DNA from: Eledone cirrhosa | Lineage: Eukaryota | Direction: 5' to 3' | Assembly (NCBI GenBank): GCA_964016885.1 | Contig: OZ024740.1 | Location: 264,678,001 to 264,742,000 of the forward strand | Length of the DNA stretch: 64,000 nucleotides | In this document: piece after piece, positions 14,065 to 27,360 of the stretch | How positions within the stretch are numbered: the first letter of the stretch is position 1 | Layout of the letters: each line of letters begins with the position of its first letter | Notes under the pieces: model-generated | Told to the model about the DNA's origin: nothing | The model's database searches: none | Seen by the model: only the letters and a program-made list of their open reading frames with translations | Made by a program: the position numbers and the translations under genes

Positions 14065-15150
14065 CTTATCTAATAGAGTAGACAGTTTCGATCGTTTTCT
14101 CACTCTCTCAATAATTTAATTAAGTCCGACTTATCAAAATTCGAACACAACCGATTACAGTGTAACCTTAAACGTTAATCAGTAAGGAAGACGACTTCCT
14201 GTTGGTAAGAAATGTGAGTTACCTTGACCGATGTATTAGTTTCTGCTTAACCGATCTGCAGTGGGTCGTCCGAATCGAACCACGATGTACAGAAATTACG
14301 TAATATTAGTATATTATGTAATTAGGCTGGCACCTCTTCGTCAGCGGGAGTTTGCCTCCCTGGACATGAACAGTTCTGTATGACTGACTACCCTGTACAC
14401 CACGCTGGTGGATACAAGTGGTGTAAACTATTAATGACTTGTGACGTCACATCAAAAGGGAGGTAAGCCAGTCCTGGCCTATTTACAAGGAACATGTGCT
14501 GGCGTTTATTCAAATTGAAAATAAATGATCAGGTCAGAAGCACTGTACCAGGGAGATTTTGTGTAGAAAAAACGATGACAGTATAGCAAACAATCAATTA
14601 ATCGAATTAGAATACAGTGAGAAAGTTCAGCTTACAATTTAAATGCAAGTTAGGCCCCTGGGAGTTAGAAATAATTGTAGAACGAAGCTTATCAAATAGA
14701 ATGGACTTAACAACGGTCGTTTTCTCAGTCACTCAATAATTTAATTAAATCCAAATTATTAAAATTCGAACCCGACCGATTAGAGTGTACACTTAAACAT
14801 TAATCAGTGAAGAAGACGACTTCCAGTGGGTAGGAAATGTGAATTACCCGGATTGATGCATCAGTTTTGCCATTCCTATCTGCCGGCGGTTGTTCGAATG
14901 GGACTACGATGTGCAGCAATTAGATAATGTTAGTATAAATTACGTAAGTAGGCTGACACCGCTTCGTCAGCGAGGGTTCGCTTCCCTGGACATGGAAAGT
15001 TCCTTGTGGCTACCTAGTACATCCGGCTGGTGGACATAAATGGTGCAGTAGTAAACCTCAAACTATATGTGACGCATGACGTCAAATCAAAGCGAAATTA
15101 GCCAGGCCTAACCAATTTACAGGGAACACATTCTGGCGTTAATTCAAATA
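14065..15150. repeat. Diverged tandem duplication, ~450 bp units (14065-14515 and 14690-15150)
   Basis: Colinear similarity, e.g. TCGTTTTCTCA.TC.CTCAATAATTTAATTAA, GAAGACGACTTCC, CTTCGTCAGCG.G, CCCTGGACATG; both units contain TGACGTCA. Confidence 0.85.
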
Positions 15151-16659
15151 CTTTTGCACTTTTTTTTTTCACTCGTCAGAATGGACGGTTTGACAGTAAG
15201 AGTCTATCATTTCGACCCAAGTACTTTTCACGTATTGGACATATTTTATCCATCTATCCATCTTAGACAAGCAAACTTTGATTGAATCTTTACCTTACAA
15301 CCACTCTTTCCCTCTCCCTTTCTCTAGTCCTAGACCATGGTTCCATGGACTTCTAACTTCCGATGGAGCCGTATGTACTCAATTGTATCTCGGACCTTTA
15401 ACCCTGATGGAGCCCAACCCTCTCATATATACACAGATATAATCACTTTCATCGCTTTTACAATCTCTGCCTTCTCTCTTTCTACTCCCACCACGTCCTC
15501 CCTGTTCTTTACCTTATCTCTTCCTTTATAACCAACTGTTCTCTTTCTTTTGCTCGATTACCCTAAATCCTTCTCTCCCTCCACACTCTGACTCTTTACA
15601 CCACACTTTTCCTCTTGTTCATCCCTCTCTGTCTCTTACTTTCTCTCTTTCTACCACTTCTGTACGCTTTCTCTCTCTCTCTCTCGCTCTCGCTCTCTCT
15701 CTCTATATATATATATCTTCCTCTCTCTCTCTCTCTCTTCTATCACAATATATATATCTCTCACTTTATAACACCCCTCTCTCTCATTCTCTATTTTCCT
15801 GTTTTTTTACACTACTGATTTTTCTCATAACACGTTCTTCTTTCCTTCTCTCTATCCCACATCTCTACCACCACCTCCTTCTCACCGCCTACACACTCTC
15901 TCCTGTCACCCTCTATATTTTATTATATGTTTTCGCTCTCTACCTTTCTCTTTCCTTATTTATACCTCCCTCATTCTCGCATATTCCCCCCTTCTCATTT
16001 GCTAATTGGAAGGTGTTTAGGATAAAGAAAATTTGTGCTGGTGTAATTACAGTCCATATGCTCTATAATCTATTTAGATGAATAGCGGGCTTGGCTTTCT
16101 TACTTTCCTTCTTTTTCTCTTTAAACTATCTTTCTTTCTTTCCTTTTCTCTTTAAACTACCTATCTTTCTGTCTTATGCTCTCTAAACCCCTTTCTTACT
16201 TTCTTTCTGTCTATCTTTCCAAATTTCTTCGTTTATCTTTATGAATTATTATTTTAGCATTTCTAATTTCTTTCTTTTTCTCAAATTCTTTTTTCCTCCT
16301 TCAATTATTCTAAACTCCTTCTTTCTCTCTTTCTTCTTTTTAGATCTATTTCTTTTCTTCCTTCTAATGTGCGTTCTTCTGTCCTTCTCTCATTTTCTCC
16401 AGTTATTCCAGCTTCTTTATTCTACTTTACTTACATCTTTCTTTCTTTTTCTAAACTTCTTCCTTTCTTTTTTCTTTTTTTCAAACGTCTTTCTGTCTGT
16501 CTTTCTCCTGATAAGTGCAAAGCTTTAATTCCTAACCGTAATAATTAATATAATGAATTCGGAACATTTCTATTTTTTTCCGTTCACCTTTCATCTATTT
16601 AAATATATTTTTATCTATTTAACTATATTTTTGTCATGTTTGTTCAGTTTGTATCTTCG

Positions 16660-16911
16660 CTTTGAGTTCCAATCCCGCTGAGATCAACTTTGCCTTTCAT
16701 CCTTACGGGGTCACGCACTGGGTCGATTTAATCGACTTTCCCCTCCGCCAAAATTGTTGGCCTTGTGCTTATATAAGAAACCATTACAAATCCCGTCGAG
16801 GTTAACTTTGCCTTTCATCCTTACGGGGTCGATAAAATAAAGTACCAGTAATACACTAGGTTATTGCTGGCCTTGTGCCTAACTTAGAAACAATTATTAT
16901 TATTATTATTA

Positions 16912-16946
<35 letters not shown>

Positions 16947-17515
16947 GGGATGTGGATTTGGCAGTATCGCTAGAGTGTCGGACATCCTACATCACGGCGT
17001 AGATTTACGGCCCTTTACATTCTGAGTTCAAATTCTGTCGAGGTTACCTTTGTCATTCATCCTTACGAGGTCGATAAAATAAAGTACCAGTCTCGCACTG
17101 GTATCGATTTAATCGACTTTCTTCTCTCCCCAAAAATGTTTGGCCATGTACCTAAATCAGAAACCATTATTATTATTAGGGCGATGGACTGGCAGTATCG
17201 GTAGAGAGTCGGACGCCATGCTTTCCAGCATAGGTACGTCCCTTTACGGTCTGAGTTCAAATCTCACCGAGGTTAACTTTGCCTTTCATTGTTACGGGGT
17301 CGATGAAATAAAGTACCAGTAATGTACTGGGTATTTGCTGGCCTTGTGCCAAAAGTAGAAACAATTATTGTTATTAGGGCGGTGGATTGACAGTATCGGT
17401 AGAGCGTCGGGCATCATGCTTCGTGGCATAGTGTTACGGCCCTTTAAATTCTGAGTTCAAATCTCGCCGCGGTTAGCTTTACCTTTTGGCCTTGTGCCTA
17501 AATCAGAAACCATTA
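16660..17515 (+). mobile_element. Head-to-tail cluster of ~5 tRNA-derived SINE family 1 copies
   Basis: Repeated A box TGGCAGTATCGGTAG, B box GAGTTCAAATC, core TTTGCCTTTCATCCTTACGGGGTCGATAAAATAAAGTACCAG and (ATT)n tails. Confidence 0.9.
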
Positions 17516-17989
17516 TATTTGTTTTTTTTTCGTGTAGGTAAAATTATTTTTTTTTATATCCAGATATTTTCAATTTATTTTGTGGCGACGAGGTAATAAT
17601 ATTTTACTTTTTCTGTTATATTATTTATTTCATATTTTTCATATTTTTTATTGGTGTTTCTATTATATTTTATTTTATTTATTTCAACTTTTTCTATTTT
17701 TGGATTTTATTGAAAACGATTTAAGTATAAGAAATACTAAATATGGAAATCAATGTTCTAAAGGCGGAAACATTTAAAGAGTTCGAATATATAGTTGCTC
17801 TTTAAACAATAACATTATGGTATTGTATGGTCCCGTAACTCTTGATGCATTCGTAGGGGCGCCGTATTGACATACGGCGTTTCTTCTACATGTTACGCCT
17901 AGCAGAGCCCATCCCTCTCCAGGCAGGTTTCTTCAAGAGAAAGATAGAAAATGAGAGAGAGGAAATGAGAAAGAGATATAGAAAAAAAC

Positions 17990-18145
17990 ATCAACCCCAG
18001 TACTAGGCTGGTACTTTTGATCGAACTCGAAAGGATGAAAGATAAATTTGACCCCGTTTGAATTTGAACTCAGAGAGCAGAGAGCCGGAACGACTACCAT
18101 AATGCACTCTATCCGACATTCTAACAATTCTGCTAATCCGCCACC
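17990..18145 (-). mobile_element. SINE family 1, diverged copy
   Basis: Reverse-complement A/B boxes and core. Confidence 0.7.
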
Positions 18146-18799
18146 TGAAACAACGAGTGTACCTCTTGATAAATCTCAACTGTGAAATTGCAAAATGAAA
18201 AACGTAAATCTGGCTATTGCTATCTCATTGAAAACACAAACGAATATTAATATAACTATATTAGAATAAATAATGTGTCTACACGTCAAAGTATTTGCTG
18301 AGGAATCTCAAAATCCAAATAAAGAATAGATAATAATTATATAGAAAATGTGATATGAAACTCGCTTAATCCGTACTGAAATTGATAATAGACAAATCTT
18401 TAAACAGAAAGGAGGGTTAAATATAGTAACATCTGAAGCAATAAGGAAGGAGCCGATCGTCAGACGGACCAAGTAAATATGTGTCCATAGGGTTTTTCAT
18501 TGCTGAAAATATTTACCAAGTCAGAAGGAAAGGGATTAGATTCAGAACACGCAGAGCCGAATCAGATGACTCAAATATTCAAAGATTCCGTCAATCCACC
18601 CCTCACGGACACTAGATACTCATTAAATCGCATTGATCCACAGAGGCTAGCCGATGAGCGGGAATTGTCCTTGTGATTGTGTCTTCCGTGTTTTCACCGA
18701 CGTGTTGTTTTAAATTATATATATATGTATGTATGTGTGTGTGTGTGTTTAAATTATAAAAGGGGGATGGATGTGCTCAAGCTTATATATTCTATAAAA

Positions 18800-19846
18800 T
18801 CTATATATATATAAAACTGAGGATGTCTGTGTGTGTGTGTGTATGAGTTTGAATCCCTAAAACTCGAGAAGCATCCAACCAACTGTTTTCAAACTTTACA
18901 CATGTAATACCTATGTTTCAGGGCAAAATAAATTTCAAATGTTCAATGCCATAGGGACCGCATTAGGCGATTTAGCGATCTCTCTCTATAATTCTTAGTC
19001 TTTCTCTTTTTAGATAGATACATACATATAACGTCGCGCCCTTATAATATCTGTCTCTATGTGTAGCTGCCTGCATAACGTCACTTCCCACAATTCCATC
19101 TGCGTCCAGGACGCGCCCTTATAATATCTGTCTGTATGTCTGGCTATCTGCATCGCACTCAGCGCGTCAATGTATGGCTGTTAAACGGACCGCGAACGCA
19201 TTCTGATTCATTCTAAAGGCTACCAGTGGAAGCAACCGTAACACCCTCCTTCAAATGTCAGAGAAAGCAGTCCAAATCACTATTAAGGGCTACAAGTGAA
19301 CGCTCACATGGCCCTTTTTAGGGCGACCAGTTGAAATTGTTGATGGTTACCCCTCCTTACACGGCCCTTTTAAGGGCCATTGAAATAGCTGATGGCGCCC
19401 CTTTCGTTTAGGGCTGCCAGTAAACGCGCAGACGCCTCGGGGCCCATTTTATTGCACCATTCCTCTTTAAATTTGTTAAATTATACCCACAGTTTGCTAA
19501 ACGTTTGTCCAGTTGCGTTTACTTACTAAGGTGCGGTGGACGCCTTCGAGAACGCTCCACATGTTGTCCGATTGCACGTTATGCCTTGCTCAAGCATTGC
19601 AGACTTCCCTCTGACATAAGTGGTGATATCTGTCCTGCTGACTCATGCCACTTTATTAAAGTACAAAAGCACCAAGCCGATATTTTCCACGTGGAAGGAT
19701 AAGCATACCTAATATTAATTGCATCAGAGCATTCGGTTTATTTTCTTTACATATTGTCCAGGCATGCAGTTTTTCTACGATTATGTCTGTTGGCAGCCCG
19801 CGTTCAAAAATACCTTATCCCGTGCAACGTCGGGTACGACTGCTAG
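18800..19846 (+). mobile_element. Non-autonomous Helitron
   Basis: 5' TCTATATATATATAAAA after an A; 3' hairpin CCCG-tgcaacgt-CGGG followed by CTAG then T (A|T target); internal ~45 bp duplication near 19031/19111. Confidence 0.85.
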
Positions 19847-19903
19847 TAGCTTATAAAATAGGATGAAGACAGTTAAAATGAAGTTGCAATCAGCCGTTAT
19901 GAG

Positions 19904-19980
<77 letters not shown>

Positions 19981-20102
19981 GGAGGTGAGTTTTATTGTAG
20001 TACAATAAAGCAATGCAGATATCGGATAAGAAGCACTCTACAGTTTGTAGGACTGGAGTATACATAATATAAGATCAAAAGATGGTTAAAGGAGTTCCGT
20101 GT

Positions 20103-20171
20103 ATTTTATTATGCGCATTTCAAAAACAAACATCATCATGCAATAATATTTGTGTTTTCATCAGATAAAAC
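20103..20171 (-). ncRNA. Type I hammerhead ribozyme
   Basis: Reverse complement of the 20280-20348 motif. Confidence 0.85.
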
Positions 20172-20279
20172 AGGAGAACATGATATGAAGGCTAAAAAAC
20201 ACTTGTGGATAGCGCAGTTATGTTGATTTAAAACTGCACTATCCACAAGTGTTTTTTAGCCTTCATATCATGTTCTCCT

Positions 20280-20348
20280 GTTTTATCTGATGAAAACACA
20301 AATATTATTGCATGATGATGTTTGTTTTTGAAATGCGCATAATAAAAT
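20280..20348 (+). ncRNA. Type I hammerhead ribozyme
   Basis: gttttat-CTGATGA-(36 nt stem II)-GAAA-TGCGCA-TA-ataaaat; palindromic stem III ATGCGCAT. Confidence 0.85.
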
Positions 20349-20396
20349 ACATGGAACTCCTTTAACCATCTTTTGATCTTATATTATATATATATA

Positions 20397-20472
<76 letters not shown>

Positions 20473-20473
20473 A

Positions 20474-20506
<33 letters not shown>

Positions 20507-20563
20507 CACTCAAAGATATACACAAATATGTTTATACACACACAAAGATATATACAAATATGT

Positions 20564-20726
<163 letters not shown>

Positions 20727-20752
20727 CGAGCATATGTTTGCATGTGTATATA

Positions 20753-20947
20753 AGAGGGTCAGCTGAAAAGTGCATAGGTTGACAAAGTTACACTCATGAA
20801 ATGATCAAATGAGGTTTATTTTTCAACATTGTACCTGGAAAGAAACAATTCAGTTAATAACAAGAGTTTAAATTAATGCATGCACAATTTCACTGCTCTA
20901 ACATCCATCATTCATCGATTGCCTGTAAACTTTTCAGCCGACCTGCT
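20753..20947. mobile_element. mariner-like MITE
   Basis: TIRs GGTCAGCTGAAAAGT / ACTTTTCAGCCGACC, TA flanks. Confidence 0.65.
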
Positions 20948-21504
20948 TAGACTGAGAGGTATAGGGTGGGATAGATAGAGTGATATATAGAGAGAGGGAT
21001 GTGGTGATACAGAGAACAATAGCGGGAGGGAAAGAAAGTAAATGTATATTTCAATGGAGTGGAAATGCACAAACAATCCAGTTGCTATTTAGATCTATTA
21101 GAATGCTGTCCGTAATATATTAGAAGAGAGTTACATCAATAAACCAGAAACAGCTTCTTAATTTCTATCCAGAAACCAGTACTGCACACACAGACACATT
21201 GGCAAAGTTAGTTTAGTAGATCTGAAGTGTTCACTCAGAATTATAGATTTAGGATTCAGTTTGTATCATGCTATTTATCACTGCTAAATTTTCGATTTAG
21301 TTTATATGTGGACACATATGGTGTTGAATTGACAAAGTCTTTAGCTTATCGTCGGATAAATTACATTGCGGTTTTCATTTCGGCTCTCTGCGTTTTGAGT
21401 TCAAATCTCGTCGAAGTTAACTTTTCTTTTGACATTTCAATAAAGTGCTGGTCCCTAACTCTTTCTCGTTTCTCTCTTTTTTTTTTTTTTTTCATTTCTT
21501 TCAG

Positions 21505-21551
21505 TCTCACTAGAAGAAATTGGACCTCGGGAGAGAGATGGGCTACATCAG
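21505..21551 (+). other. Candidate 47 nt exon
   Basis: Long polypyrimidine tract + TTTCAG acceptor; CAG|GTATAA donor; one open frame SLEEIGPRERDGLHQ; product not recognised. Confidence 0.3.
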
Positions 21552-23739
21552 GTATAAAATGCCTCTACGACTCCATTAGGAGTTGAAGGCTTATGGATGG
21601 ATGGAAATGTATGTGTTTGTTGTATGCAGTTGTGTGTTTCCCATTGTAAATTTGTTTTTTTTTATGTGCGAATATGTTTGTAAGTTTATGTATGTAAAAG
21701 ATAGTTCTATAACGGTATCAGACGTTTGGCTAAGATAATGTTATGAAAAAACAATGAGTAAGCGGAACCATGTACATTAGTTTTGTTGAAATTAGAAACG
21801 AAATCCTCTTCAAAAGATAGAGGATTTAAAGCTAGACAAGATTTAATAACACAATTACTTTGCAATTTCGCCACTCACACCCTTTTTCACTTTCCTTAAA
21901 GTCTTTGGTACATTCTCCTCGAAATATATTCACTATGAGCAAATATTCCATAAAATTTGAGGTTAAACCTCATTTAAAGTATGTTCTGTAATGTAATTCA
22001 AATCCTTTAGTAGAAGTGCTAATCAGTGAAACTAAAAAGTAGAGATTATTCACCAGACTAAGATGAAAATATTAATGATTATTGTTGTTAAATAGAAGAC
22101 TACAAATACTTACTGTAGTGTTGATTGAACTTACCACAGTCACTTACTGGCATTAATAGACATACATATAAACCCAGTGGTGTAGAAAATGAAAGCATGA
22201 TTATGGAATGTAATACACACAGGCATGGTGTTCAGGTTTAAAATGTTGCTTCTCAGTGTAAACAAACCTTAAACCTGTGTAAACTTTACATAGTACTGCA
22301 CTTCGGGCACTAGTTATTTTTTAAAGCAATTTCTCGCGTCAACCATAGCCTATTAAAGGGAACAGGAGAAGGCTGAAAAAATCCCCCAAAGAAAATGAAA
22401 AGGAGAAAAAGAAAAAAGGATCGGGCAACGAGAGACTAGGAGAGACAGACATTTGACACACGGTGACTGTGTGAAAAAACATCGGAGGTAAGGTTTCTGT
22501 TTTTGTTGTTGTTTTTTCCATTTGTAGACTTAGTAGTAGACTTAATCCTCTACCTATATACTTTTAGGTGAGCACACGTTTTTGCAAACACTGGGGCGAT
22601 GTCTATAACCCGAGAAAAATCCCACAAGACTCAAAAACACTGACAAAAACACTTGTTCTTTATCATCTGACTGTCAAAATAGTAAATAAATATACCTTCT
22701 TAACAATATCACAATCATCAGCATCATTCCACTTCCTTCTCATCATCATCATCATCATCATTCCTCATCATCATCACCACCATAATCATCATCCTCATTA
22801 CTATTATAGCTACTACTGTTGTTGCTAAAGTAATGAGAATTTCTCATTTTGGCACAATGTCACTAATTTAAGGGGGAGAGAAATATTGATTAAATCTACC
22901 CCAATACTTTTACATGTTACTGAAAAAGCTACAACTAAATTCCATTCTTAAACTAGCTTTGCTCTAACAATTCTACCAAACCCCCGTGATCTGCCAATTC
23001 ACTGCCCTAATTAGTGCAACCGAAATGATAAAAGACGAAGTAAATGTTTCCGAGTTTGAACTCTGTGGATGACACTTGAACAATTGAAATGTTTCTCTTT
23101 CAAACACGATCTAGCGTGAGGTGTTTTGTGGGAGAGCAGTTGTTGTCTACGAAACCTCTCCAAATTACCGATGTTCTCCTAGAGAAAAAAGCCATTTGGT
23201 CTGAGTAACGAACTCAAAATCGTTCGATGGTAAGATCAACATTTTAACCCCTAGTCCAAAAGACTTCAGTTCGTTAATGGACGTTGTAATATATCACCAA
23301 GCAGTTCATATACCAATCTATCAATTTTGCTACCAACAAAATATTATAAGCAACAATATATCATAGATATAAAACATTTGTGACAGGTGAAAACTATCAT
23401 TTTGCTTGTGTTTATATTAAAGAAAATACAATAGCACAACAAAATATATGAATGAAATTATATATGAATAACTCCCAATTCCATCACCCAACACTTTAAT
23501 GGCAACGCTTTCTAAAAACGTTCAATGCAGTAGATGCTGCAGGTGAGGCATTGTGGATTAAATTAATTATTTCCTATTTTATCGACTCTAGCTGGATTTG
23601 AACTCAAAACTCTTAGTGAGTTAACAAACTAGCTCAGTATATTTGGCCCACTAGATGAAATAGTTCTCCAGGCAAAAAAACTATTGTTAATAATTAAGAA
23701 GTAAACTTACACATACATGTTTAAAAAACACAATCACCT

Positions 23740-24020
23740 TTATATATGTATTGGACCTCCATCGGTTCCACTAAGGAGCGTTTCAGTTGTTCGATCAATT
23801 ACTTGCTGATGAAACTACCGTGCAAATAGCCGGCATCCGACAGACGCGTGTACAATTGACGAGGATCTCGAGGTGATTCAAGGTGACACTTGTGTAACAG
23901 GTAACGTTTGTTCCACTTGCCTGGACCGGAGCAACACAAAGTAATGTCATGCTCAGTGAGATCATGCGCAGCAAGGAATTGAACCTACGACCGTGCAGTC
24001 ATGAGCCGCTAAAACACGCA
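23740..24020 (-). mobile_element. tRNA-derived SINE family 2, diverged
   Basis: B box GGTTCAATTCC, CTGAGCATGACATTACTTTGTGTTGCTCC domain; related 3' part at 34640-34745. Confidence 0.55.
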
Positions 24021-25106
24021 CTTTCTCGGATAAGTAAATATAATTCTAAAACATACACAAGTTCATAAAACTGGTTCCGTTATTCAGAAAGGATGGGAGG
24101 CAGTAAATTCATAGCACCATTCTTTCCGGGCATATTACATGTGCCAACGCTACCCTTTAGGCGACAATGTTGTATCAGCCAATTCATTCTTCGAAATTGT
24201 GCCATTCTCACCCTCCCCTTCCGCTTAAAGTATCATTTACAGTATTGCTGCCTTCACCATTGCCACAAGACGGGGGAAACGTGCCTGTCACTCAAAACAG
24301 AAGGAAGACGGCAGTAGGACACAACTTATGGAGTAATGTAGTTGAGTTATTCTTCTTAGGTTCTTGTGTAGTACTTACATAATCAAGCCCCCGGGTAAGC
24401 AAGTTCAAGTCGATATTGCCGCTGGGATTTCAACACAGAAACTAAAGGGACGATAAATGGGAAATACTGAACTGTATACTGCACTCACTTCTATCAATGT
24501 TACCTACCATCAACATACTTCCCTGCCATCATATGCAAAATCAGCACAAACATGATTTTTTCCAACTGAACTGCCATGAAAAATAAATTGTTTTAGCTTC
24601 GATTAATTCATATTCATCTAGTATATATTTATGTAACCTGGGTGATATTGGCGGAATTTGAACTCACAACAATGATTTATTACCGTAACATAAGACTAAA
24701 TTTATTTGATGGTTCTTGCAATAAAGTTCAAATATTTTGTAGTAAAATCAATGGTAAATTCAGTGGAGCCAATATTACAGCTGGAGCTGTTACAGGTTAG
24801 GATTGTTTAGGGGCAGAGTAGACAACGTTAGAGTTTTAACTAAGAAAAACCAAACAAGCAAAATATAACGCAACATATTAAGTCGTGCATCCTAAATATT
24901 GTAATTAGTTACCGTCCTCATACCGATTTCGTATTTAGTCACTACACGAATTAGAATTATTAATGTTTCATAACGTTTGTAATCTAAGGTCATACTGTTT
25001 AGTTTTTCTGCGTGATAATTTAACGGCTTAGCCAATTAAGAGAATGGCACTCTCGTATCACAATTATTTGTTACTATAAAATGTAGGTACAAACACTTTA
25101 TAGTTT

Positions 25107-25232
25107 CTATCTGCCGGGGCCGTGAGGCAGCCAGCACGTGGGACCCCATTTGCTCATAATACAGAGGAATGGGAAGGGTGAGAAAGATGGAGGCGATGAA
25201 AGTGAGAGTTCGACTCTTCCGTGTTCGGACAT
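25107..25232 (-). repeat. Dispersed repeat (second copy 30885-31010, plus strand)
   Basis: Shared TGTCCGAAC...TCATCGCC...CTGTATTATGAGCAAATGGGGTCCCACGTG.TGGC.GCC.CAC. Confidence 0.75.
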
Positions 25233-25762
25233 ATTTATCAATTCTATGTTGCCGCCTTCCTTAATACAATAGAATATTTTGTATACATAGTTAATCACGT
25301 TTCATTAGATGTGAGGCCACCCAGTTGTAGTATAGTTGAGAGACATTGGATTTTCTATTCACTCTTGCTGCTGTTTGGTACACTGAGATGTATGACTGGG
25401 TGTTGTGGTTTTGAACTTGTTAGATTGGTGTGCATTTTCATCATTTAAACATCCGAAACCAAGGACACACTACATGTTTACAGGTGAAGAATGAGTGGTG
25501 AAAGAAATGGCTATACTTAGGAGCGAGTTGACACCCCACATGTATGTATAGTGCGGAGGAAAAAATCCCTCTTATTCGGTACTTGGGATAAAAGAGTATG
25601 ACTATATCATGAAAAGACGAGTTTTCTCACTCACTCAATAGTATAAGTAAGAACCAACAACTAGATTGAACACTTTCGTTAAACAGTAAGAAAATAGACT
25701 GGGTGTGGGCAGGGATTTGAATTTTAAATTCTACACACACGCACACACACATACACACACTA

Positions 25763-25830
<68 letters not shown>

Positions 25831-26010
25831 GGAGAGAGGTTTTCGTGTCCGTGCGCGTGTATTTCACAGTAATTTTTGGTTTCGATGTGAAGTATACCAG
25901 GTTCTCAAATAAGTTTTAGATCAGGGAAATAACTAACCCCACCATTACCGCTCTCCAAAGATTGAAACAAGTAAAAAAAATTATATAGTAGTTTACTTAA
26001 TATATATAGC

Positions 26011-26166
26011 TAAGGCGGGTAAAATTCCGAGATCCATGGACGAGTTCTCTCCAGCGGTCTCTGTCCCTCATTATCGCTGCCATATCCTGCATCTCCAACA
26101 GACCAGTGTCTGTCCTTAGGGCATCAACATATGTTAACCTCGGTCTTCCTCTTTTAGTGTGTCCAT
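26011..26166 (-). mobile_element. RTE LINE extreme 3' fragment
   Basis: Near-identical to 4000-4156; TA-rich flanks. Confidence 0.9.
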
Positions 26167-26213
26167 ATATATATTCAAGTTGACATTGAATATATATATA
26201 TATATATATATAT

Positions 26214-26264
<51 letters not shown>

Positions 26265-26268
<4 letters not shown>

Positions 26269-26368
26269 TATAGAAAAGCGTCGCTTTTCTATATTAAAAC
26301 ATTTATACTCTGCTATGTATTGAGTACCTTACTTACTGTGGTTACCCCCAATTCAACCCGGAATAACT
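26265..26368. mobile_element. Minimal fold-back remnant (family of 6941-7125)
   Basis: Hairpin TTAATATAGAAAAGCG-t-CGCTTTTCTATATTAA plus the same 3' tail as 7050-7125. Confidence 0.8.
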
Positions 26369-26563
26369 TATATATATATATATATATATATACACGTGCA
26401 CACACAGATACATATATGTACGCATACACACACACACACACATATATATAGAGAGTGATAGACAGATAAATAGATCTATGCGTGTGTATGTGTTAGTATA
26501 TTTGTTTACACAAATATACACATTACAATTGAGGCAATGTATTATATTATGTAACATTATTGC

Positions 26564-26636
<73 letters not shown>

Positions 26637-27114
26637 TGTGTACGATTAGCTAAAGTATTTTTACTTATGTTGTTCGAGACCTATGTTAATTATGGGGACT
26701 TTAATATACAACATGATAATGTACTTCTATAATTATTTGCTTGTTGAAAACTACGAACAGCGAACAATGTTGGGGCTTATCCTATTAGGCCAGAGAGTCC
26801 TAAGAAGAAAAGTATATGGAATAGCTGTCTTATCGAATGACGATATGGGATAGTGAATAACCAACCAGAATCTGAACAGCCTACAGTAATAATGTTAGGA
26901 CACGCCCTTAGGGAGCGTTAGAAAGAGGGAGAGAGAGACTGAGGAAGGGTGGGAGAGAGACGCCGCGTTGAGAAGCTTTAACACTATTGGTTTAATGTTT
27001 TTTCTATTAATAGGTTTGATTTATATGATTGAATACTAAAAGAGATACCGCATTATCAATGAAAACAACAATAATGTAATTACTATAAAAATATGAATGA
27101 TGATGATGATGATT

Positions 27115-27360
27115 TCTACATTAGGCACAAGGCCAGCAATTTGGGGAGAGGGAAAAGTCGATTAAATCTATCCTAATAATAATTGTTTCTACTTTTGGCA
27201 CAAGGCCAGCAATTATTCAGTGCATTACTGGTACTTTATTTTATCGACCCCGTAAGGATGAAAGGCAAAGTCAACCTCGGCGGGATTTGAACTCAGAATG
27301 GCAAGGGCCGTAACTCTATGCGTCAAAGCATGGTGTCCGACCCTCTACCGATACTGCCAA
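27115..27360 (-). mobile_element. SINE family 1 (one full, one partial copy)
   Basis: Reverse complement of A box, B box, core and tail. Confidence 0.9.

Larger units (their letters stand above)
19978..20388. mobile_element. Fold-back PLE-like remnant family B with a hammerhead on each arm
   Basis: Arms ~20064-20219 and ~20232-20388; minus arm continues to a 3' end with AATAAA at 19978; other copies 36307-36560 and 50320-50517. Confidence 0.9.

Noticed and set aside
16660-17515. CRISPR-like array
   Set aside because: The units are SINE copies in eukaryotic DNA; no spacers or cas genes
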